Source of the DNA: Opitutales bacterium
Lineage (GTDB): Bacteria; Verrucomicrobiota; Verrucomicrobiia; Opitutales; UBA2987
Reading direction: 5' to 3'
Length of the DNA stretch: 64,000 nt
NCBI GenBank assembly: GCA_965226885.1
Contig: CBDDEL010000011.1
Location: 64,001-128,000, forward strand
Shown here: one piece after another, positions 1-11,130 of the stretch
Position numbering within the stretch: the first letter of the stretch is position 1
Layout: every line of letters begins with the position of its first letter
Translations under genes and position numbers: made by a program
The notes under the pieces: generated by a model
Seen by the model: only the letters and a program-made list of their open reading frames with translations
Database searches by the model: none
Told to the model about the DNA's origin: nothing

Positions 1-693
1 CCTTGAGTAATACCCAGTCCGTCGGCCAATGAATGTTAGCCTCCAAACAGGTGCCGTCGATCAGGCAAATGGTGGTGTCAATCGGCTTGTCCAATCCCAC
101 CTGCCGGGCCAGAAGGGCATCGCCCACCACCTCAGTCAAGGTCCGGTGCAAGGCCCTCAACTGCTCTTCGCTGAAAAACTTCGAGGCCCGCTCCAGGGTG
201 CTTTTGGAGATGCCCCTGATGCCATCGATCTGCCGGACACGGCAAAAGTCGGCCAACAGATCGCTGCTGCCCAGAGCCCGCGACAAATGCCGAAACGAAA
301 TCCCTCCGAGCAGACGGCCCAGCGTATCCATGCGCAGTGCCTTGATGGCAAAACTGGCCCGCTGCCGCCGGGCCTTTAGACCCATTGGCGGCCACCCCTC
401 CAAGGCCAGCTCAATGGCCTGCGATTCCACCTCCGAGTCGATCAGCAGCCGATCGATTCGATCAATGGTGGCGCGGAAGTTATCGTAATCGAGGCACCGG
501 TCGACCACAGTTAAAGCTGGACGCAGGAGGCATTGGATGGCTATATTTTTCATAGAAAGGGCTATATTGATTTTCGCTAACTCAATTATAGAACCCTCTT
601 TTGGCCGGATCGAGCAAAAACTTGCTCTTTCCGGCTCTTTTTATCAACGTCATCCAGTTGACTATAAAATCTTTATATTTTTGGGACAGCCTC
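1..693 (-). mobile_element. IS5-like element, copy 1 (left end; transposase 5' part 553->1, runs off window)
   Basis: Near-identical to 24731-25462; terminal TTTTGGGACAGCCTC ends at 693, flank TAGTTA. Confidence 0.9.
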
Positions 694-696
694 TAG

Positions 697-1368
697 TTAA
701 AGATCAAAAAACTCACCCTGTGACAAAGGATCACGCCTATCTTTTTTGGGCAAACTATTGGCCATGAGCCATTCCAGGGTGATAGGCTTGAATTCGGACA
801 ATTGTCCTAAATAGAGAAGCAGAAGAGCCGCCCCGAGGGCATCGTAAAGGGCGCAGTGGTAGCGCTTTCGATCGGGCGAGCAATGTTGATGAGCCAAATC
901 CTGCAAATGATCTTCGAGACTGAAGGTTTGCAGCAAATCCCCCAGTTTGTGGCTCTCCAGTTGTTGAAATAAGGAAGCATAGAGAATTCGCGTGTCAATC
1001 CAGGGGCCCCAATCGGCGATCTTCTTTCCGTTGTTTAAAAAATCGGGCGAAAAGGGAGGGTAAGGCCAAACGGATTTTATGAGGCCGTTTTCTACAACTG
1101 CGTGATGCGCGGCTAAACAACCGGTATTGCGCAGCTCGGAAAAATTGGAAAAATACTCGGAAAAGGGCGCTTGCTTCCGGGTTTTGTAATTGGTGATGCC
1201 GTGAAATCGCTCTTCCCTTGAGTCCATGGGCCGGCAAGCCTGGCATAGGCTGGTGGCGGTATTGGCAATCTTACCCTCGAAAATTGAAACAACGCCAAAC
1301 TCAACCACTCCATAAGAACGAGCGCCCTCGAAATCGATAACATGAATAGGCGTCTTCGACCAAAGCAT
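697..1368 (-). CDS. DEDDh 3'-5' exonuclease (DnaQ-like)
   Basis: Motifs VIDFEG, WIDTR, HCALYDA; ATG at 1368. Confidence 0.85.
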   Translation of the reverse strand: MLWSKTPIHVIDFEGARSYGVVEFGVVSIFEGKIANTATSLCQACRPMDSREERFHGITNYKTRKQAPFSEYFSNFSELRNTGCLAAHHAVVENGLIKSVWPYPPFSPDFLNNGKKIADWGPWIDTRILYASLFQQLESHKLGDLLQTFSLEDHLQDLAHQHCSPDRKRYHCALYDALGAALLLLYLGQLSEFKPITLEWLMANSLPKKDRRDPLSQGEFFDL

Positions 1369-1479
1369 GAACAATCACTTAAACAACCCAACCCGCTTTG
1401 CCCAAGCAAATTCTCCACAAGCAAAAAACCATCCTTGGCAAATAATGGAGAGCCGCTATTTTTCAAAAAAATATTAATT

Positions 1480-2244
1480 ATGAATGAGGAAATTCTTGTA
1501 AAATTTATTAAACTACTGGCCGAGGAGAGTGGGAAGGTCATAAGACCTTATTTTGGCGATCCAAAACTGGAAATCGAAACAAAAAAAGATTTCACCCCGG
1601 TGACCATTGCGGACCGAAAGTCCGAAGAGATCATGCGCGGTTTGATTAATGATCGTTTTCCCGATCACGGTATCATCGGTGAAGAATTCGGTGATGAGAT
1701 GAGCGAAGCGGAATATGTCTGGGTGCTCGATCCGATCGATGGGACCAAGCCGTTCTCCACCGGCTGCCCGCTTTTCGGAACCCTCATCGCTTTGCTCAAA
1801 GAGGGCCGGCCAATTCTCGGTGCCATCAATAACCCGGTAACCGGGCAGCTCCTGATCGGCAACAACGTGGAGACGAATTTAAACGGGATTCCGGTAAAAA
1901 TGAGGGAGATGTCCATCCTGGAAGAAGCGCGGTTGCTGACTTCGAGCCTGGAGGCGCCCGCTCAGTATCAAAACGGCGCCAACTGGGACCGCTTGGCCGA
2001 ACGGACGAAGGAACTGTTGACCTGGGGAGATTGCTTCGGATACCTCTTGCTGGCCACCGGTAGCGCCGACATAATGGTCGATCCCATCATGAATCCGTGG
2101 GATTTGATGGCTCTAATCCCAGTCATTCGTGGAGCCGGAGGTGTGATCACTGACTGGCAAGGAAACGATCCCGTGACGGGCAACTCAATCGTCGCAGCCA
2201 ACCCAATCCTGCATCCCATAGTGATCGAGATTCTGAATGCCTGA
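1480..2244 (+). CDS. hisN: Inositol monophosphatase family, probable histidinol-phosphatase
   Basis: TPVTIADR, GEEFG, WVLDPIDGTK, GDCFGY, WDLMAL motifs; likely start MNEEIL at 1480. Confidence 0.75.
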   Translation: MNEEILVKFIKLLAEESGKVIRPYFGDPKLEIETKKDFTPVTIADRKSEEIMRGLINDRFPDHGIIGEEFGDEMSEAEYVWVLDPIDGTKPFSTGCPLFGTLIALLKEGRPILGAINNPVTGQLLIGNNVETNLNGIPVKMREMSILEEARLLTSSLEAPAQYQNGANWDRLAERTKELLTWGDCFGYLLLATGSADIMVDPIMNPWDLMALIPVIRGAGGVITDWQGNDPVTGNSIVAANPILHPIVIEILNA

Positions 2245-2250
2245 ATCAAG

Positions 2251-2940
2251 TCAGGAACGCTTGAAGCGTTCTTCACCTATATTACCGGTTTTGGAGATCT
2301 CGTTTTTAGGAAGATAACCACGGTTGAAAGCAATAGCAGGATAAACTAAAGACCTTTTTCCTAAAATGCTTCCTGGCTGAATTACTGTATTGCACCCCAC
2401 CTCTGCGCTATCACCTATCAAGGCACCAAACTTTATTAGGGCTGTTGGTATTTTTCCTTCCGCAGTGGCAATGTGAATTTCATCCCGATGCAATCTTAGG
2501 TTTGCCAGGATGACTCCGGCTCCGAGGTGGGCACCATTGCCCAGGATGGAATCGCCGACATAGTTGAAATGGGCGGTTTCCACGCAGTCCATAAGGAGGC
2601 AGTTTTTATATTCGGAGGAGTTTCCTATAACACAGCCCTTGCCCACAATGACATTGCCTCGAAGGTAAGCGCCGGGGCGTATTTCTGTTTCGGGGCCGAT
2701 GTAAACAGGTCCCTCTATCACACAATAGGGCGGCAGTTTGACGCTGGGGTGGATGTGAACATTTCCTTTGATGTGGACTTCGGGAGGCACATGTTCGGGT
2801 GGAGCGGTCTCTTTAAAATCAAATTCAAGGAGAGCGGTTTTTATGTCCGGCACCCATTTCCATGGGGAAGCCTCGGGTGAAAAATTTTTTTGGAAAGGAA
2901 GAAGGCTTTCCGGCAGTTCAAAGAGTTCAGAGGCTTTCAC
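2251..2940 (-). CDS. Left-handed beta-helix protein (GlmU C-terminal-like acetyltransferase/nucleotidyltransferase-associated)
   Basis: Hexapeptide repeats; HFNYVGDSILG, LGAGVILAN, GALIGD motifs. Confidence 0.8.
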   Translation of the reverse strand: MKASELFELPESLLPFQKNFSPEASPWKWVPDIKTALLEFDFKETAPPEHVPPEVHIKGNVHIHPSVKLPPYCVIEGPVYIGPETEIRPGAYLRGNVIVGKGCVIGNSSEYKNCLLMDCVETAHFNYVGDSILGNGAHLGAGVILANLRLHRDEIHIATAEGKIPTALIKFGALIGDSAEVGCNTVIQPGSILGKRSLVYPAIAFNRGYLPKNEISKTGNIGEERFKRS

Positions 2941-2952
2941 AAAGCGGAAAAA

Positions 2953-3028
<76 letters not shown>

Positions 3029-3155
3029 TTTGAATGGAAGGAGTAAAATTTAAGGAGCCAAAAAAGTTGTCAACAGGAATTTTATTCCGGTAACCATATT
3101 TTAGTGCCAATTAATTCAGGCACGAGGATGAATTGAAATGGCGCACCCCATTATG

Positions 3156-3742
3156 TCAGGCTTTCGGCAGGTTGGTGTGTTCGGATTCCTCGAATTCAAA
3201 GGATTCGACCTCTTCATCAAGGATAGATGGGTGGCTGGTAACGGAGGGAACGGGATCTTTGTTATGACTGTAATAATAATAATTGCTGGTGTAGTAATTG
3301 TAATCTTCATCCCCGGAATCGGGCACTTGGCTGAGAACCACACCGAGGATTTGGCCATTTACATTTTCGATGATTTGCTTGGCCCGCATGGTCATTGTTT
3401 GGGGGTTGCGCCGATGCTGAACGATGAAAAGCACTCCGTCGGCCAGGCTGGCCAGGAGGCTGGAATCGCTGATGCCGATAACGGGGGGGAATCGAGGAGG
3501 ATTTTATCGAATTGCCGACGGTATTCATCGAGCAGACTGGCCATCTGTTTGCCATGCAGAAGGCCGAGCGAAATATGTTGGCCCTGGCCGCTGGGCAACA
3601 GCTTCAAATTGGGATATTGTGTTTCTACCAACGCCTCGGAGGCCTGGCTTGCGCCGGTCAGGCAATCGAGCAGGCCAGGGGTTTTCGGGGCTTTGAATAA
3701 ATGGTGTTGGGTCGGGCGGCGTAAATCCGAATCGATAACTAG
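3156..3742 (-). pseudogene. C-terminal fragment of CpsD/CapB (Wzc-like) tyrosine kinase
   Basis: VIDSDLRRP, LLDSPP, Tyr-rich tail YNYYTSNYYYY; frameshift in G7 run near 3483-3489; cut by IS1380 at 3743. Confidence 0.85.
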
Positions 3743-4980
3743 CCCGGATATTTCATGAAGGGTAAAGTTTGGCTCGTTATTGCTATTGGAGATGGAGATG
3801 GATTTCTTTGTATTTTGGGCGGATCGTCTTGATTTTGAGGTGTTTTTCAGGGTGTAGAGACACTTCCCCCTTTCCCCCATTGGTTCGGTAGCGCCGGGGG
3901 CAGCGCCAATGCGCCCTTTAGGTTGGCACCAACCGGCGGGCCGCATGGTTGAAAAGACTGGCCCATGGATAACTTTCACTTAGATGAAAGTGAATCGTTC
4001 GGGTGTTGCGCACGATGACCGCTCCGATCTTGATTAATTTTAGCCGTAGACTGTGGCATTGGAGCCGCGCCCACTTCGTCCCTTTTAATGCGAACCGGCG
4101 CAAGGCTTCCATCAAGGTGTAGGCCAGCCCCGACAAGAGCAATCGCCACTGGTTGGCCCACCATTTATGCGCGCTGGTGCGTTCGCTGAACAATTGCATC
4201 TGTTCCTTGATCCGGTTCTCCATCTCACCGCGGCCACAGTATACTTTGTCGTAAAGCTCTTGGGGATCGCCCTGCAGGTTCGTCACCACGAAGCGCGGGT
4301 TGGACCCCTGTGCGGTGTGTTCGGCTTTGTGGATGATAAGGCGTTGGCGCCGCCACGATTTTGCCCCATACTCGAAGTGCTGAAACAGCCGTTGCTTTCT
4401 GCCGCTACCCTCGAACCATTGTTTGGCTTGCTCCTGCAACTGCCGGGCCGCTTGCTGCAAGCGTGCATGGCGGGCCGTTCCCACTATAAAATAAACCTCG
4501 TTGCGCTCGCACCACGAGAGAATCCGATCCCGGCAGAATCCGCTGTCGGCACGCCAAATAATCCGCGTATGGGGCCAGCTTTGGCGAATCCGTTTAACCA
4601 GCAATTTGAGGATGGCCCCGGCATGCTTGCTCGCATCGATCTTGCTGGGCCGCAGGTAGGCCACCAGAAGCTGATCGCCGCAAAAAACATACAGCGGCAA
4701 AAAACAGTAATGATCATAATAACCGTGGAAAAAACGTCCCTCCTGGAGCCCGTGCACCGGATTGTCGGTGGCGTCAAAGTCCAGGATGATCTCTTCGGGT
4801 TCCTCGGCAAAGGATCCGATGAACTGTTCGACCAGCAACTCGTTCAGGGCAAAGGCTGCCCGCCGATCCTGCCCGTTTTCAAAACGACACAAAGTCGGCG
4901 CGCTGGCCAACGCTTCAGTGCGCCCCGTTACCGTTTGCAACAAAGGATCGCGGCGCAGGGTGTCAAAGTCGTTCAAATCC
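3743..4980 (-). mobile_element. IS1380-family element, diverged variant, 5' part replaced by IS21
   Basis: TIR CCCGGATATTTC; transposase 3918-4976 with DFDATD, RADSGF, RGEMENRIKE; many substitutions relative to the other copies. Confidence 0.92.
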
Positions 4981-5153
4981 TGTAAACGCCGGGATGAAAC
5001 CGGTACGGGGGTCGGGGTAAAACCGGTACGCTTGGAATAAGGTTTAGGTTAGTAATTGCAGGTACGTCAAGGTTTAGGGTTTGGGAGTTGGTTTTGGGGA
5101 TTGGCTTGGGGTCGGTGAGGAGGCCGGAGGCCGACGAGCCGGGCCCAAGGCGT

Positions 5154-5921
5154 TTATTGTTTTGGGCCACGGCGACGGCGTCGAGCATCGCGCAAGCGGT
5201 AGCTTTGCCCGTTGGCTTCGAGGATATGCACCCGATGGGTGAGTCGGTCCAGCAGAGCTCCGGTGAGCCGTTCGGAACCGAGCACTTCGATCCAGTTCTC
5301 AAAGGGCAGGTTGGTGGTGACGATGAGACTGGTGCGCTCGTAAGCGCGGCTGACCACGTCGAAGAGCAGTTCGGAACCGGTCTTGGAAAAAGGGACGTAA
5401 CCGAGTTCGTCGAGGATGAGTAGGTCGAGCCTTTCGAGTTGCTTCATGAAGCGCTGCAGGTCGTGGTTGTCGCGTTGCTCGAGCATATGGGTAACCAGGG
5501 CGGTGACCCCGAAGAAACGGATCCGCCGGCCCTGGGCACAGGCGGCAAAGCCCAGGGCGGTGGCCAGGTGCGTTTTACCGGTACCGGCGTTACCGAGGAG
5601 CAGCACGTTTTCGCGCTGGTCGACATACTCCCCGCGCATGAGCTCTCGGATGAGCGCTTCGTTGATCGAGGGCTGCGCTTCAAAGGCGAAGCTCTCGAGG
5701 GTCTTGAGCACGGGGAAACGGGCGTTTTTGATCCGCCGCTGGGCGGCCCGCTGTTCGCGTTCAATGAGCTCCCGTTCGACCAGATGCAACAAAAAGGCGG
5801 CGTAATCGAGCCGGTCCCGGGAACAAGCCGCGGCCACCGCCGGCCATTCGCGCAGGATGGTGGGCAACTTCAGTTTCTTGAGGTGATGGTGTAACAGCAG
5901 CTGGTTTTTTTCTTCCTTCAT
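5154..5921 (-). CDS. istB: IS21 helper AAA+ ATPase
   Basis: GNAGTGKTHLA Walker A, LILDELGY Walker B, LLDRLTHR. Confidence 0.95.
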   Translation of the reverse strand: MKEEKNQLLLHHHLKKLKLPTILREWPAVAAACSRDRLDYAAFLLHLVERELIEREQRAAQRRIKNARFPVLKTLESFAFEAQPSINEALIRELMRGEYVDQRENVLLLGNAGTGKTHLATALGFAACAQGRRIRFFGVTALVTHMLEQRDNHDLQRFMKQLERLDLLILDELGYVPFSKTGSELLFDVVSRAYERTSLIVTTNLPFENWIEVLGSERLTGALLDRLTHRVHILEANGQSYRLRDARRRRRGPKQ

Positions 5922-7557
5922 AAAGCCCCTCCTGGAATCTTGAGCAGTTCGCTGTAGGCACCGAGGTCAGGGGCGGCCACACGGACGTGACGCAGGTGTG
6001 GATGGCCGTCCAGCCGGAAGGTTCTGCTCCCGTAGTCTTCCTGAGGATAGAGATACTGGGCGATGGCCTCACGAGTCAGTCCCCCCACCCGCAGGGCCGA
6101 GACGACGGCCTGCTGCAAGGCCGCCATGGGGTGTTTCTCCAACAGCCGCAGCACCCGGATATACTCCCGGGTGCCTTCGCCCCCGCATTGGCTTTCGAGC
6201 CGGCGTCTGAGGACCTGCAGGCACTGCGGCAACTGCCAGCCCGAGAGTGGGCGGGCGAAGTCCAAAGCGCCCGGTTTTTTCTCCAGCAAAGCCAGGTAGT
6301 GCACCGGCTCGAAAGAGACTTGCTCTTTATCCCAAATGCGGCGGTGCCGGGCCACCTCTTGGCCCCCACAGAAGATCACCACCTGCCGACAGGACCCTTC
6401 CACCACCACCGGATGGTGGGCGCAGCGCACCGGCACCGAATAGTCGTTGCACTCGAAGCGCACCAGCGAGAGGCTGCTGACGCAGGTCGAGCGTTTGCGG
6501 CTCGCTTCAAAGGGTATGGGCGGCAACGCCAGCATGACGGCGCGCTCCTCGGCCAGCAGTTCCTTTTTCACCGCCCTTTTCCCGCGTAATTTACGCTCCA
6601 TGTCCCGCTCACATGCCTCCAACAGCTTTGCGTTGAGTTCCTCCAGGTCCCGAACCTGCGGTACCGGTACCAGGAAGTTGGCCCGGGCATAACGCACGAT
6701 CCCCTCGACCACGCCCTTCTCGTTGGGCCGGGCATAACGCACGATCCCCTCGACCACGCCCTTCTCGTTGGGCCGGGCATAACGCACGATCCCCTCGACC
6801 ACGCCCTTCTCGTTGGGCCGGGCATAACGCACGATCCCCTCGACCACGCCCTTCTCGTTGGGCCGGGCGGGCAGACAGAAGTGTTCCTCGAACAGGTAAT
6901 GGCTCTGTAGCTGCAGAAACCCGTCGGTCAGCTTGCGTTCACGCGAACCGATAATCTTACCCACCGCCACCTTCGAGTTGTCATAGCTGATGCGCCGGGG
7001 CACCGCCCCGAAAAACTCAAAAGCTCGCAGGTGCCCCTCCCAGAAGCTCTCCGTGCACTCCCGTTCGAACACCTGCACGAAAAAGGCATCGCTGTAGGGC
7101 AGGCTCATGGCAAAAAATGGCCGCCTACGCAATTGCCCCGCCTCCTTCACCAGGGCATGACCGAAGTCCACCTGTCCCTCCCCGGGGCGGTGCTCCAGCG
7201 GCACGAACACTTCCCGCCGCCTCGCTCGCAGCTCGGCCACCACCTCCTTGACCGCCGTGTAGCCCCCTTGGTAGCCCTTCTCCCGACCCAAACGCTGTAG
7301 ATCCGTTTGGCCGTATGGCGCTGCTTCTTGGGCACGTTCCGGTCCGCTTTGAGCACCTCCTCGATCTAGCCCACATACGGATCGATCTTGCGCTCTCGCC
7401 TCTTCTTGCGCCGGTATCCCGGCGGCTGGGAATAGGCCAGCATCTTTCCCAGGGTCTCCCAGTGCAGTCCCTCTTCTCGCATTACAGAGCGCTTGCTCTG
7501 CTTGTCCCGCAGCACTTTGTGCCGCACTCTTGTCCATTGCTTCATATCTCGATACAC
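5918..7557 (-). pseudogene. istA: IS21 transposase, inactivated
   Basis: GQVDFG, YDNSK, EKGVVE motifs; TGG->TAG at 7366-7368, 1-nt deletion near 7296 and 45-bp x4 expansion relative to copy 2. Confidence 0.9.
6682..6867. repeat. 45-bp tandem repeat x4 inside istA
   Basis: Unit encodes ARPNEKGVVEGIVRY; present once in istA copy 2. Confidence 0.95.
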
Positions 7558-7631
7558 TCCTCCTTTCTAGGATAAGCGTACCGGTTTTAAAGCGCCCTCT
7601 TTACCGTACCGGTTTTTCCCCGGCGTTTACA

Positions 7632-7786
7632 TGTCGGCTCATACAAAGAAAACCAGGCAACCGGACCCCAAAACCAGCATCCTAACGTCATAGGAGAGCA
7701 AAGTTGATACTCTCCCAAATGCAAATACCTCTAAGATGAGCGCCTATCAAAAGCCCTCGCAAAAATCACCCTTTTGGGACAGCCTC
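7632..7786 (+). mobile_element. IS5-like element, right-end remnant
   Basis: Reverse complement of 23607-23761; ends TTTTGGGACAGCCTC, flank TACCTA. Confidence 0.9.
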
Positions 7787-8875
7787 TACCTAGCAAAGGG
7801 AAAATCAGCAATAATTGTTAAATACTGCTGATTTGATCATCAAATAACGAAGGATAAGATTGCCAAATCACAATGAAAGCAAAAAATTGGGCCTAAAATA
7901 TTAGAAAGTAGCTATTTTCAACGATTATGAATGTTCATATGGGAATACTCGGTTTAAAACCTCAGGATACGCTCACACTCTCCTTCCTGTCATCCACAAT
8001 TTTCGGCTATATCTCGCGCCTTATTAGACGCCCATATATATGGACCAAAGCTACAGCAAAGGTAATTTTTGATTTTGTGTGCTCACAAACTCATTATAAC
8101 GACTATGCTTGAAGAAATGACATATCCATATTTGGTAATACCACGGCTCTACGACTTTTCCTGCGAAAAGATGGTAGGGATGTCCAAACTTGATGTCCTT
8201 GTGTGATCGATTAAACTCATTTATTGCTAATCTTTCTCCAGTGTAATCGTTTTGTAGCTCTGTCTCTGAACCGATAGTATCGTCAAAATAGCAGAACACT
8301 CAAGGTAAGTAGTTTCTTTCATCAGCCGCAAGCATATTCAACGCAGCGACCGTCGATGAATAGAAATCTAAATCATGCGCGATCGCTCCGATGGGGGCAG
8401 GATTATACTTCTCGAAAAAGTACTTTGATGTATCCTTGATGTCACCCAAAACGAGCTTTGCCTTTTTTAATCGTGCTTGGAGTGTTGGGACATCCATTTT
8501 GTAGAAGCCTTTTTTCCACTGATATGGGAGATCCCTATAATCTAAGGGTTCTGGGAGACCTTCTGCTATGTCAAAGCCGTAAATATCAATATCTATATCG
8601 AGCAATTTCGAAGTTTGTTGAGCGTGGTATTCGAGATTCACTAGTCCGTTTCCCCCCGCCACACCGAATTCCAAGACACTTATGCGCTGATATCCCAGTT
8701 TCTTTGCTAATACGGCAGCATAATAAACACAATAGCCATAGTGTGGACGGTCTACTGCTCCTACTCTTATTCTCTGTTCATAACTACCTAACCCGGATAT
8801 TTGTAAACGCCGGGGAAAAACCGGTACGGTAAAGAGGGCGCTTTAAAACCGGTACGCTTATCCTAGAAAGGAGGA

Positions 8876-10366
8876 GTGTATCGAGATATGAAGCAATGGA
8901 CAAGAGTGCGGCACAAAGTGCTGCGGGACAAGCAGAGCAAGCGCTCTGTAATGCGAGAAGAGGGACTGCACTGGGAGACCCTGGGAAAGATGCTGGCCTA
9001 TTCCCAGCCGCCGGGATACCGGCGCAAGAAGAGGCGAGAGCGCAAGATCGATCCGTATGTGGGCTGGATCGAGGAGGTGCTCAAAGCGGACCGGAACGTG
9101 CCCAAGAAGCAGCGCCATACGGCCAAACGGATCTACCAGCGTTTGGGTCGGGAGAAGGGCTACCAAGGGGGCTACACGGCGGTCAAGGAGGTGGTGGCCG
9201 AGCTGCGAGCGAGGCGGCGGGAAGTGTTCGTGCCGCTGGAGCACCGCCCCGGGGAGGGACAGGTGGACTTCGGTCATGCCCTGGTGAAGGAGGCGGCCAT
9301 TTTTTGCCATGAGCCTGCCCTACAGCGATGCCTTTTTCGTGCAGGTGTTCGAACGGGAGTGCACGGAGAGCTTCTGGGAGGGGCACCTGCGAGCTTTTGA
9401 GTTTTTCGGGGCGGTGCCCCGGCGCATCAGCTATGACAACTCGAAGGTGGCGGTGGGTAAGATTATCGGTTCGCGTGAACGCAAGCTGACCGACGGGTTT
9501 CTGCAGCTACAGAGCCATTACCTGTTCGAGGAACACTTCTGTCTGCCCGCCCGGCCCAACGAGAAGGGCGTGGTCGAGGGGATCGTGCGTTATGCCCGGG
9601 CCAACTTCCTGGTACCGGTACCGCAGGTTCGGGACCTGGAGGAACTCAACGCAAAGCTGTTGGAGGCATGTGAGCGGGACATGGAGCGTAAATTACGCGG
9701 GAAAAGGGCGGTGAAAAAGGAACTGCTGGCCGAGGAGCGCGCCGTCATGCTGCCGTTGCCGCCCATACCCTTTGAAGCGGAGCCGCAAACGCTCGACCTG
9801 CGTCAGCAGCCTCTCGCTGGTGCGCTTCGAGTGCAACGACTATTCGGTGCCGGTGCGCTGCGCCCACCATCCGGTGGTGGTGGAAGGGTCCTGTCGGCAG
9901 GTGGTGATCTTCTGTGGGGGCCAAGAGGTGGCCCCGGCACCGCCGCATTTGGGATAAAGAGCAAGTCTCTTTCGAGCCGGTGCACTACCTGGCTTTGCTG
10001 GAGAAAAAACCGGGCGCTTTGGACTTCGCCCGCCCACTCTCGGGCTGGCAGTTGCCGCAGTGCCTGCAGGTCCTCAGACGCCGGCTCGAAAGCCAATGCG
10101 GGGGCGAAGGCACCCGGGAGTATATCCGGGTGCTGCGGCTGTTGGAGAAACACCCCATGGCGGCCTTGCAGCAGGCCGTCGTCTCGGCCCTGCGGGTGGG
10201 GGGACTGACTCGTGAGGCCATCGCCCAGTATCTCTATCCTCAGGAAGACTACGGGAGCAGAACCTTCCGGCTGGACGGCCATCCACACCTGCGTCACGTC
10301 CGTGTGGCCGCCCCTGACCTCGGTGCCTACAGCGAACTGCTCAAGATTCCAGGAGGGGCTTTATGA
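8876..10366 (+). pseudogene. istA: IS21 transposase, frameshifted
   Basis: 17-bp deletion near 9293 between AGGCGG microhomologies; +1 insertions near 9779 and 9932. Confidence 0.9.
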
Positions 10367-11130
10367 AGGAAGAAAAAAACCAGCTGCTGTTACACCATCA
10401 CCTCAAGAAACTGAAGTTGCCCACCATCCTGCGCGAATGGCCGGCGGTGGCCGCGGCTTGTTCCCGGGACCGGCTCGATTACGCCGCCTTTTTGTTGCAT
10501 CTGGTCGAACGGGAGCTCATTGAACGCGAACAGCGGGCCGCCCAGCGGCGGATCAAAAACGCCCGTTTCCCCGTGCTCAAGACCCTCGAGAGCTTCGCCT
10601 TTGAAGCGCAGCCCTCGATCAACGAAGCGCTCATCCGAGAGCTCATGCGCGGGGAGTATGTCGACCAGCGCGAAAACGTGCTGCTCCTCGGTAACGCCGG
10701 TACCGGTAAAACGCACCTGGCCACCGCCCTGGGCTTTGCCGCCTGTGCCCAGGGCCGGCGGATCCGTTTCTTCGGGGTCACCGCCCTGGTTACCCATATG
10801 CTCGAGCAACGCGACAACCACGACCTGCAGCGCTTCATGAAGCAACTCGAAAGGCTCGACCTACTCATCCTCGACGAACTCGGTTACGTCCCTTTTTCCA
10901 AGACCGGTTCCGAACTGCTCTTCGACGTGGTCAGCCGCGCTTACGAGCGCACCAGTCTCATCGTCACCACCAACCTGCCCTTTGAGAACTGGATCGAAGT
11001 GCTCGGTTCCGAACGGCTCACCGGAGCTCTGCTGGACCGACTCACCCATCGGGTGCATATCCTCGAAGCCAACGGGCAAAGCTACCGCTTGCGCGATGCT
11101 CGACGCCGTCGCCGTGGCCCAAAACAATAA
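10363..11130 (+). CDS. istB: IS21 helper AAA+ ATPase
   Basis: Same protein sequence as 5154-5921. Confidence 0.95.
   Translation: MKEEKNQLLLHHHLKKLKLPTILREWPAVAAACSRDRLDYAAFLLHLVERELIEREQRAAQRRIKNARFPVLKTLESFAFEAQPSINEALIRELMRGEYVDQRENVLLLGNAGTGKTHLATALGFAACAQGRRIRFFGVTALVTHMLEQRDNHDLQRFMKQLERLDLLILDELGYVPFSKTGSELLFDVVSRAYERTSLIVTTNLPFENWIEVLGSERLTGALLDRLTHRVHILEANGQSYRLRDARRRRRGPKQ

Larger units (their letters stand above)
4981..7631 (-). mobile_element. IS21-family element, copy 1
   Basis: TIR TGTAAACGCCGGG at both ends, paired AAACCGGTACG subterminal repeats, istA and istB; flanks do not match. Confidence 0.95.

Noticed and set aside
5040..5115. Telomere-like TTTAGGG / G-quadruplex tract in the IS21 end
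   Set aside because: Only one exact unit; part of the strand-biased IS21 3' spacer
6682..6867. 45-bp repeats as a CRISPR array
   Set aside because: No spacers and no cas genes; an in-frame duplication of istA sequence
8300..8302. TGA recoding (in-frame TGA here and at the floA end)
   Set aside because: rpoB and rplJ end in TGA at expected positions; the two sites would need different amino acids
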